Shown here: positions 26,853-34,613 of the stretch, one piece after another
How the letters are laid out: each line of letters begins with the position of its first letter
Numbering within the stretch: the stretch's first letter is position 1
DNA from: an uncultured bacterium
Lineage (GTDB): Bacteria; Caldisericota; Caldisericia; B22-G15
Length of the DNA stretch: 42,188 bases
Direction of reading: 5' to 3'
Assembly: GCA_965612865.1 (NCBI GenBank)
Contig: CBFDTJ010000002.1
Coordinates: 1-42,188 of the forward strand
Program-made: the position numbers and the translations under genes
Notes under the pieces: model-generated
Database searches by the model: none
What the model was told of the DNA's origin: nothing
The model's input: only the letters and a program-made list of their open reading frames with translations

Positions 26853-28134
26853 TTGCTACCTCCTCCTCTTCAAGGAAAAGTTCATCTGTTTCATCATCAA
26901 AGGAGAAGAGTTCTGCATATCTACCCCAATCAATTAGAATGTCCAGCTCCTTCTCTGCCTCTTCATGGGAGAGTTTTCTTTCAAGGATGTCAAGGAAAAA
27001 CTCCTTTGAGATTCTTCTGTTTGCCTTGGATTTGAGAACTCTCAAAATCTGCCTTATAAGAAAAACATTTCTAAGGAGATTCTTTCTAAATATCTCCTTC
27101 TTTGTAAGAACATCTGCCTCTGAAAAAACTTTCCCATCCTCTGTAAGTTCTATATCACCCTGTTTGTACCTTGTAAATCCAAGGAGTTCGGATGCCTCAA
27201 CAAGGGGGAGGAGATCCTCTATGTCCATGTAGAGTTCACCACCAATCTTAAAGAGGTCAACTCTTCCTCCAAGATCAGAGATCAGTTCAACAAAACCGGT
27301 TATTGCACCAACTCTTGCTATAGGAATTCTCGGAATCTCCTTTGAGACTCTAAGTATCTCCCTCTCCTTCTCTATCTCACCTGCGGTAAGTATTGTGTAA
27401 ACTCTATCAACTATGGATAAAAACTTTGTTGATGTTTTATCCCTCCAGTGGGGAATATCTATCTTTATCTCCTCCATCACCATCCCTGGGTCCTTACTTA
27501 TTATAATGATCCTATCAGAAAGATACACAGCTTCCTCTATATTATGAGTTACAATGAGAATTGCCTTTGTTGGAATTCTCTTTTCAATCCAGAGCTCTAA
27601 AATATCACTTTTTAAGTTCTCTGCAGTTAGAACATCAAGGGCAGAAAAGGGTTCATCCATGAGGAGAATATCTGGTTCAACCACAAGCCCTCTCGCTATA
27701 CCAACCCTCTGCTTCATTCCTCCAGAGAGTTCCTTTGGATATGCATTTTCAAATCCATCAAGACCAACAGTATCTATCGCCTTTAAGACTCTCCTCTTCT
27801 TCTCCTCTTTGCTCATGTTCTTTGATATAAGACCAGTCTCCACATTCTCCTCAACTGTAAGCCATGGGAAAAGCGCAAAATTCTGAAAAACCATGGATAC
27901 ACCAGGATTCACATCTGTTATCACCTTATCTCTGTATATAACAACTCCCTCATTAGGTTTAAGGAGTCCTGCAATTATCCTAAGTAGTGTTGACTTTCCT
28001 GAACCAGAGGGACCAAGTATTGAAACAATCTCGCCCTCATTTATTGAAAACGTTACGCCTTTAAGGACATATATCTCCTTTCCTGTGGGCATAACAAACT
28101 TTTTTCCAATGTTCCTTACCTCAAGCAAACTCAT
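26845..28134 (-). CDS. ABC transporter ATP-binding protein (NitT/TauT-like) with C-terminal AAA-associated domain
   Basis: Walker A GPSGSGKST, signature LSGGMKQR, Walker B LLMDEPFSALD. A ~170-aa C-terminal extension (ITGFVELISDLGGRVDLFKIG...LLPLVEASELLGF) is typical of the C-terminal AAA-associated domain. Confidence 0.88.
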   Translation of the reverse strand: MSLLEVRNIGKKFVMPTGKEIYVLKGVTFSINEGEIVSILGPSGSGKSTLLRIIAGLLKPNEGVVIYRDKVITDVNPGVSMVFQNFALFPWLTVEENVETGLISKNMSKEEKKRRVLKAIDTVGLDGFENAYPKELSGGMKQRVGIARGLVVEPDILLMDEPFSALDVLTAENLKSDILELWIEKRIPTKAILIVTHNIEEAVYLSDRIIIISKDPGMVMEEIKIDIPHWRDKTSTKFLSIVDRVYTILTAGEIEKEREILRVSKEIPRIPIARVGAITGFVELISDLGGRVDLFKIGGELYMDIEDLLPLVEASELLGFTRYKQGDIELTEDGKVFSEADVLTKKEIFRKNLLRNVFLIRQILRVLKSKANRRISKEFFLDILERKLSHEEAEKELDILIDWGRYAELFSFDDETDELFLEEEEVANS

Positions 28135-28139
28135 ATCCT

Positions 28140-29828
28140 TTACTCCACATGATATTTTTCCTCAGATAACTTATACATCCTTCTCCAGAAAAGCCTATTA
28201 AATATTACAACAATTAGAGCCATAAACAAAGTGCCCGCTGCAAGGAGAGGCATGTCTCCTCTCTCTGTGGCAGAAGTTATAATCGCTCCAAGACCAGGAA
28301 TAATAAAGGTCTTTCCAGAAAACTTCACATACTCAGAAACAATACTTGCGTTGAAAGCTGCTCCCCATGCTGTTATTCCTCCGGTAACGAGAAAGGAGAA
28401 AATGGAGGGAATTGCTATAACTCTCCACCAGTGAATTCCCTTTATTCTAAATATCTTACCGGCTTCCACGAAGTTTTTTGGAATCCCTGATGCTCCACCC
28501 ATAACATTGAATAGAATATACCATTGAGTTGCAAGAAGCATTAGAAGTATGGAGGCAAAGGAAAGTCCTCCTCCAATCTTTATAAGAAACATAAGTAAGA
28601 TGGGAAATATTGCTGTAGCTGGAATGGAAGCTATTATCTGAACAACAGGCTGAGCTACCTTTGAAATTTTGGGATTCATCCCTATCTTAACACCAACAGG
28701 AATTGTCCATAGATAACCAATGGAAACAGCGGCAACAACTCTAAGGAGTGTAAAGAAGCCCCCTTTAACTATCTGTAACCATTCACTCATACTAACCTTT
28801 ATAAGAATAGAGAAGAGCCCCTTCACTCCAACAATGATAAGAAGAAAGATTAAACCTGAAAATATATAAGAAATAAGTTTCTTAATAAGCTCCATTGTGA
28901 AACTTTCCTTTCTTCTCTCCATCTGATCAAAGAAGCGCTCTATCCTTGTATTCAACGGAATAAGTAATTTAGATGAAATAAACTCAAGTATTTTTGACTT
29001 TCTGTATAAATTCAAAATCACAGAGTGTATCTCTTCTTCTCCTTTCTCCTCCATTTTAAACTTTGTTGACCATGCAATAAGCGGCCTCCATAAGAACTGA
29101 TCTATTAAAACTATAATGAGGACAAGGGTGACTATCCCCCATATGGTCATCTTTATATTTCCAGACTCAGCGGACTTTGCAAGAAAAGAGCCAAGACCTG
29201 GAAGAGAGAATTTTTTATTTAACAGGGTGAATGTCTCACACGCCATAAGGAAGAACCACCCTCCAGCCATGGAAAGCATACTGTTCCATATAAGCCCAAT
29301 TGCTGCGTGGGGAAGTTCAAGTCTTGTAAATCTCTGCCAGAAATTAAGTCTTGAAAGTTTTGCTGCTTCATCAAGTTCCCTTGGAATGGTTTTTAAGGAG
29401 TTGTAGAAACTGAAAACAAGATTCCACACTTGACCTGTAAAGATTAAGAGTATGGAGCCAAGCTCAAGTCCGATTCTTGATCCGTGAAACAGGGAAACCA
29501 TGAAAAAAAGAACCGGTGGGAGAAAGGAGAGAACCGGAATAGACTGAAGGATGTCAAGAAGCGGAATTAAAAATACTTCAAGAAATCTGTTTTTTGCTGC
29601 AAGATAACCATAGACAAGGGCAAAGATGAAGGAAAGAATAAATGCTATCAAAACTCTCACCACAGAATACAGAGCATACAGAGGAAGAAGTTTGAGCGAA
29701 AGAATTGTCTCTCCTCTTGCAGGAACAACTCCATATATAGCCCTTCCTCTAATGAGAAAGTAGAAGATTGCAAATACTACTATAAATCCAAGAACATCAA
29801 GGGGGTTTATTCCCTTACTTTTCTTCAC
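28140..29828 (-). CDS. ABC transporter permease, duplicated (two fused BPD-type transmembrane domains)
   Basis: 562 aa with two repeats, each carrying an EAA-like loop (ELDEAAKLSRLNFWQRF and NFVEAGKIFRIKGIHWWR). GTG start 4 nt after the ADH stop. Confidence 0.85.
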   Translation of the reverse strand: MKKSKGINPLDVLGFIVVFAIFYFLIRGRAIYGVVPARGETILSLKLLPLYALYSVVRVLIAFILSFIFALVYGYLAAKNRFLEVFLIPLLDILQSIPVLSFLPPVLFFMVSLFHGSRIGLELGSILLIFTGQVWNLVFSFYNSLKTIPRELDEAAKLSRLNFWQRFTRLELPHAAIGLIWNSMLSMAGGWFFLMACETFTLLNKKFSLPGLGSFLAKSAESGNIKMTIWGIVTLVLIIVLIDQFLWRPLIAWSTKFKMEEKGEEEIHSVILNLYRKSKILEFISSKLLIPLNTRIERFFDQMERRKESFTMELIKKLISYIFSGLIFLLIIVGVKGLFSILIKVSMSEWLQIVKGGFFTLLRVVAAVSIGYLWTIPVGVKIGMNPKISKVAQPVVQIIASIPATAIFPILLMFLIKIGGGLSFASILLMLLATQWYILFNVMGGASGIPKNFVEAGKIFRIKGIHWWRVIAIPSIFSFLVTGGITAWGAAFNASIVSEYVKFSGKTFIIPGLGAIITSATERGDMPLLAAGTLFMALIVVIFNRLFWRRMYKLSEEKYHVE

Positions 29829-29832
29829 TTCT

Positions 29833-30984
29833 TTATATTAACCCATGAAAACTTTCCTGATAAATGGCGATAATCTCGTCAATCCCTTCAGGTTTTCTTG
29901 GTATTGGTTTTTTCTCCATACTATCCACAACCTCTCTTGCAAACTTCTCAAAATCCTTTTCATCCACTCCTGCCTCTTCAAGAGTGAGTGGAATTCCGAG
30001 AAGCTCATTCATATCAAGTAAAAGTTCTGGAAGAAGGTGGGCATCCTCAATATCTATACCAGAATACTCAGATATTATCCTTACTACATTTGCCATTTTT
30101 TCATAACAGGCAGGTATGTTGTACTTTAATACATATGGCATGATAATGGCATTGGCAAGACCGTGGGAGAAACCGTACTTCATTGTTAAAGGGTAACCCA
30201 TTGAGTGAACAAGTCCTGTTCCGGTCTCTGCAATAACCATTCCAGCCACCATTGAAGCGTAATGCATCATCTCCCTTGCCTCAAAATCTCCTTCATGGAA
30301 AACGCTCCTTGGGAGAAAGTCAAAGATTACCTTTATGGATTCATAGGCAAGGGAATCACTGACAGGGTTTGCCTTAAGGGAGAATAGACCTTCAAGTGCA
30401 TGGGAAAGAGCATCCATCCCTGTATCTCTACTTAACTCTTTAGGCATGGATAGGGTAGTTTCTGGATCAACAAGGGCAACATCTGGAAATATGTATTCTG
30501 ACCCGACTGCAAGCTTTCTTTCCCCATAAGTTAAAACTGCATATCTCGTAACCTCAGAACCTGTACCAGATGTGGTGGGAATTGCTATAAGTGGAGGAAT
30601 TTTTTCTTCCACCCTTTTCTCTCCAAGAAGGAAGGGTACTATCTCCTTATAAACTGCATAGATTCCTATCCCTTTGGATAGATCCATTGGACTTCCTCCT
30701 CCAATGGCAATGATAAAATCTGAAGAAGTAGAGAGGAACTTTTCTCCACCCTTTTCAACAAGCTGAACAGGAGGATTTGGGACTGTTTCATTAAAAATCT
30801 CGTAGGAAATCCCGTTCTTTTCTAAAAGACCTGTGACTCTATCTAAAACTCCACTTTCCTTTGCTGATTTTTTTCCTGTTACAATAAAGGCCTTCTTTCC
30901 AAACTTCTTACCTAACTCTCCAACTCTTTCAACCTCCCCTTTCCCAAAATAGACCTTTGTTGGTATAAAATACTTAAATTTCAT
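29833..30984 (-). CDS. Iron-containing (group III) alcohol dehydrogenase
   Basis: GGGSPMD, AIPTTSGTGSE, DALSHALE and the HSMGYPL..K...HG histidine cluster. The ATG shares one nt with the upstream stop (TAATG). Confidence 0.9.
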   Translation of the reverse strand: MKFKYFIPTKVYFGKGEVERVGELGKKFGKKAFIVTGKKSAKESGVLDRVTGLLEKNGISYEIFNETVPNPPVQLVEKGGEKFLSTSSDFIIAIGGGSPMDLSKGIGIYAVYKEIVPFLLGEKRVEEKIPPLIAIPTTSGTGSEVTRYAVLTYGERKLAVGSEYIFPDVALVDPETTLSMPKELSRDTGMDALSHALEGLFSLKANPVSDSLAYESIKVIFDFLPRSVFHEGDFEAREMMHYASMVAGMVIAETGTGLVHSMGYPLTMKYGFSHGLANAIIMPYVLKYNIPACYEKMANVVRIISEYSGIDIEDAHLLPELLLDMNELLGIPLTLEEAGVDEKDFEKFAREVVDSMEKKPIPRKPEGIDEIIAIYQESFHGLI

Positions 30985-32657
30985 TATTCACCTCCAAAGT
31001 TTTTTGAGAACAGAAAGAAATCATAGAAATCAACCTTTCCATCAAAATTGAAATCACAAACAGGATTATAGTTTTTATCTCCTTTAATAGAAAGAAAGGC
31101 GTTATAAAAAATCGTCAGATCCTTTTTATCTACCACCTCATCATCATTTAAATCAGAAAGGTTTTTGTTTTCATAGACCACAACTCTTAGAACAGTGGAG
31201 TAATTTCCAATTCTCACAGTAACAAAATATTCATCAGGAGGAGTATCATATTTTGTCAAAAAGGTTATGGTTTCATCATCCTCTATTTCAAAAGGAATGG
31301 GAGAATCGACCTTTAAACTGTCTTTGCCACTACCTCTTATAACTCTTATATGGACTTTTCTTTCTCTTCCCTGTTTCAAAGAAAAATTTCTTGGAAAGAT
31401 AGAGTAGTCTTCATCTTTATAAGATATTGAGGGATCTCCAAAGAGATTGAATACAAAGAAGTTGTGCTGATCAGGAAAATCATTTATCGAAAGAGCGTTA
31501 TCCCATTTTGATAAATAAAGAGCCTCACCTGAAGGTTCAGATAGGTTAAAAAATCTCTCTGTAAATTTTAAAACCTCCTTGGAGATGGGGGAATCTGGAT
31601 TTCCGTAAGCAACCCTTGTTGCACCTATATAGTTTACAGCTCCAAATCTAAGGCTCGTCATGGCAAGATTTGGTTTTTCAGTTTCTGCTGTGAGACATCC
31701 CATTCCAAATATAACTCCATTTGAAATTCCAGTTTCTTCCACGAGATTTCTCGAGAAGAAAACAGACCACGAACCTTCTCCCTCGTCAAACCTATTATTT
31801 CTGTTCCTATCATTCCATATCCTTCTATAAACTCCACTGCTGCTTCCATGTCCAAAAAATGCAATGAAGCTGTAGTCATTGTTTATCTCTTTCTTTACAT
31901 TGTCAATATTTAATGGATAGGTCGAATCATACCTGGATCTACCATCTCCCTCCTTCTCATACATGGTTGTTACATTGCTACCGAGATTTTTAAAAATGCC
32001 CTTCCTTAAAATCTCCATTGTTTTTGCACCGTCTGCGTTCTCTTTTGGATAATCTCCATATTCCTTCTTAAACCAGAGCATTGCCCCCATGAGAAGAACT
32101 TTGTTGTTTTCTTTCACGTGTTTATATTTTTTTAAACTATCTACATACTTCTCTATTCCGCTTTTGTCTGTGAAGGGAATTCTACCCACAAAAACATCTG
32201 GAAAATAGGAAAAACTGTCTTCCCCATACTCTCCCATGGTTTTATCTTTATCTGTATCGAAATCACTGGTAAGATTTGCATAGTAAAAATCTGAGGGAAT
32301 TCTTTCATAAGAATCGTCTCTTGTGTTCTTCTTCGGGAAAAAGATGGGTTGAGGGATATAACGGTAACTTCCTACAAGAAGTACATACTTAAAATGAAGT
32401 TCTTCAAGTTTTTCTTTCAGAAAATTTCTGATTTTTTCTGCTCTATCCTTTCCAAAAGTCTCTTTTTCTATTTCCTCCAGAGTAAAAACTTTAACCCTGT
32501 AGCCCTGTTCTTCTTTAAATTCCTCAAGAGGCTTCACATTCTCTCTATACTTTTCTCTTATCAAAATTACATAATCCACACCATTGGTGGAGGAAATTAT
32601 AGGAAATTGAGTAATCAGAAAAATTAATACAAGCACAACAAAGATTGTTTTTCTCAT
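30984..32657 (-). CDS. Secreted peptidase C25 (gingipain-like, clan CD) protein with C-terminal dockerin-like domain
   Basis: Signal peptide. C25-type N-terminal region (YVILI...LEEFKEEQGYRVKV, YVLLVGS..YIP, PSDFYYA, DVFVGRIP). Putative catalytic His in FFGHGS and Cys in FGMGCLT. The C-terminal duplicated Ca-loop repeats DLNDDEVVDKKDL and DFNFDGKVDFYDF are dockerin type I-like. Confidence 0.78.
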   Translation of the reverse strand: MRKTIFVVLVLIFLITQFPIISSTNGVDYVILIREKYRENVKPLEEFKEEQGYRVKVFTLEEIEKETFGKDRAEKIRNFLKEKLEELHFKYVLLVGSYRYIPQPIFFPKKNTRDDSYERIPSDFYYANLTSDFDTDKDKTMGEYGEDSFSYFPDVFVGRIPFTDKSGIEKYVDSLKKYKHVKENNKVLLMGAMLWFKKEYGDYPKENADGAKTMEILRKGIFKNLGSNVTTMYEKEGDGRSRYDSTYPLNIDNVKKEINNDYSFIAFFGHGSSSGVYRRIWNDRNRNNRFDEGEGSWSVFFSRNLVEETGISNGVIFGMGCLTAETEKPNLAMTSLRFGAVNYIGATRVAYGNPDSPISKEVLKFTERFFNLSEPSGEALYLSKWDNALSINDFPDQHNFFVFNLFGDPSISYKDEDYSIFPRNFSLKQGRERKVHIRVIRGSGKDSLKVDSPIPFEIEDDETITFLTKYDTPPDEYFVTVRIGNYSTVLRVVVYENKNLSDLNDDEVVDKKDLTIFYNAFLSIKGDKNYNPVCDFNFDGKVDFYDFFLFSKNFGGE

Positions 32658-32689
32658 CTTCTCACTCCTTTTTTTATCCTCTTAATGAA

Positions 32690-32698
32690 ATTCTACCA
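32690..32698 (-). promoter_or_regulatory. Extended -10 promoter element (TGgTAGAAT) for the C25-ADH-ABC-tgt operon
   Basis: The minus strand reads TGGTAGAAT. Leader of ~26 nt with AAGGAGTG before ATG 32657. Confidence 0.42.
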
Positions 32699-32737
32699 TT
32701 TATAGTATAATTAAAAAAACCTTGAAAGGAGGATGAA

Positions 32738-33928
32738 ATGAACCACCCTCTAAGAAAAAGAATAGAGAAGTTTCAAGAGCGTTTTGATGATCTCAAAAAG
32801 AGAAATCTTTACTTTTATCAAGCAGAAATAGAGGAGATAAACGGAGCTCACGCCATAGTTCAGGGAAGGGATATGATAATATTTGCCTCTTACTCCTATC
32901 TTGGTCTTATAGATCACCCAAAGATAAATGAAGCAGCGAAAAAAGCTATAGATGAACTATCCACAGGAACCCATGGTGTTAGACTTCTTGCAGGAACAAC
33001 AAGGCTTCATAACGAACTTGAGAGAAGAATTGCTGAATTTAAAGGAAGGGAGGCGGCAGCAGTTTTTAGCAGTGGTTATGTAACAAACCTCACAACCATA
33101 TCAACTCTTCTTGGAAAAGACGATTATATCTTCTGTGATAAATATGATCATGCAAGTATTGTGGACGGTGCCATTCAATCAAGGGCAAACTTTATAAGAT
33201 TTGACCACAACGACATGGAGCATCTCGAGGACCTTTTAAAAGAGATTCCAGAGGATAAGGTGAAGTTGATTGTGGTAGATGCAGTATATTCAATGGACGG
33301 AGATATGGCACCTCTGCCTGATTTAATAAAGGTGAAAGAAAAATATAATGCAATACTCATGGTAGATGAAGCACACTCCCTTGGTGTGCTTGGGGAACAT
33401 GGAAGAGGTATAGAGGAGCACTTTGGAGTAGAAGGGAAAGTAGACATAGACATGGGAACCCTTTCAAAAACTATTCCATCTGTAGGAGGATACATTGCAG
33501 GAGATAGAGACCTTATTGATTATATAAAACACAACTCCAGAGCATACATATTCTCTGCAGCTCTTCCACCACCTGCAGTTGCTGCTGCAAAAGCCTCTTT
33601 TGATGTAATTGAGGAAGAGCCTTGGCGTAGAGAAAAACTCTGGGAAAACATAGATCACTTTGTTTCTGGTCTTAAGAAGCTTGGATATGATACCATGAAT
33701 ACTCAGTCAGCAGTCGTTCCTGTCCTTCTTGGAGAAGACGAACTTGCCCTTAAACTTACAAGGAAGCTCTGGGATGAAGGAATTCTAATATTCCCGATCC
33801 TTACTCCAGCAATTCCTCCAAAGACAGCAAGGCTCCGCTCTTGTGTTATGGCTTCTCACTCTCATGAGGACATAGATAAAACCCTAAACGCCTTTGAAAA
33901 AGCAGGGAAGGAATTAGGAATAATATAG
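32738..33928 (+). CDS. Alpha-oxoamine synthase family PLP enzyme (BioF / Kbl / serine palmitoyltransferase-like)
   Basis: SYSYLGL, GTHGVRLLAGT, FSSGYVTN, VDAVYSMDGD, DEAHSLGVLGEHGRG and PLP-lysine GTLSKTI. Subfamily not resolvable by eye. Confidence 0.85.
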   Translation: MNHPLRKRIEKFQERFDDLKKRNLYFYQAEIEEINGAHAIVQGRDMIIFASYSYLGLIDHPKINEAAKKAIDELSTGTHGVRLLAGTTRLHNELERRIAEFKGREAAAVFSSGYVTNLTTISTLLGKDDYIFCDKYDHASIVDGAIQSRANFIRFDHNDMEHLEDLLKEIPEDKVKLIVVDAVYSMDGDMAPLPDLIKVKEKYNAILMVDEAHSLGVLGEHGRGIEEHFGVEGKVDIDMGTLSKTIPSVGGYIAGDRDLIDYIKHNSRAYIFSAALPPPAVAAAKASFDVIEEEPWRREKLWENIDHFVSGLKKLGYDTMNTQSAVVPVLLGEDELALKLTRKLWDEGILIFPILTPAIPPKTARLRSCVMASHSHEDIDKTLNAFEKAGKELGII

Positions 33929-33935
33929 TAAATGA

Positions 33936-34613
33936 ATGGGAAAGATACTGATAGTTGATGATGAACCGGATATAGTTGAACTTGTAAAAATTAATCTTGA
34001 AAAGAATGGATTTGATGTTATCTCATCTTGCACTGGAAGAGGAATTTTTAATCTTTTTAAAAAATTCAGTATAGACCTTGTAATACTCGACCTTATGCTT
34101 CCAGATATAGATGGTCTTGAGATATGTAAGATCTTAAAATCGGAGAATGAAACAAAAAATATACCAATAATAATGCTTACAGCAAAGGACACTGAGATTG
34201 ATAAAGTCCTTGGACTTGAACTTGGAGCAGATGATTATATAACAAAACCTTTCTCTCCAAGAGAATTGGTGGCAAGAGTGAGAGCTGTTTTGAGAAGAAC
34301 AAAAAGATCTTCAGATGAGAGAATTTTGACCTTTGACAATATTTTAAAGATAGATCTTAAGAAATTTGAAGTTTTTGTTAATGAGAAGAAAGTTAATCTA
34401 ACCACCACAGAATTTAAGCTACTGAAGGCACTCGCCATTAGAAGGGGTGAGGTTCTCTCAAGGAATGAACTCCTTGACTATATATGGGGCAATGAGAAGA
34501 TAGTTATTGATAGAACCATTGATGTTCATATAAAGCACTTAAGAGAGAAATTGGGAAAGGTGGGCAAATTTATCAAAAATGTTAGAGGTGTAGGATACAA
34601 ACTGGATTTATGA
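33936..34613 (+). CDS. phoB: OmpR/PhoB-family response regulator (PhoB/PhoP-type by context)
   Basis: Receiver domain (ILIVDDE, LDLMLPDIDG, LTAKD) plus a winged helix (LTTTEFKLLKAL, IDVHIKHLREKL, VRGVGYKL). Adjacent to a phoR-like kinase and pstSCAB-phoU. Confidence 0.88.
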   Translation: MGKILIVDDEPDIVELVKINLEKNGFDVISSCTGRGIFNLFKKFSIDLVILDLMLPDIDGLEICKILKSENETKNIPIIMLTAKDTEIDKVLGLELGADDYITKPFSPRELVARVRAVLRRTKRSSDERILTFDNILKIDLKKFEVFVNEKKVNLTTTEFKLLKALAIRRGEVLSRNELLDYIWGNEKIVIDRTIDVHIKHLREKLGKVGKFIKNVRGVGYKLDL

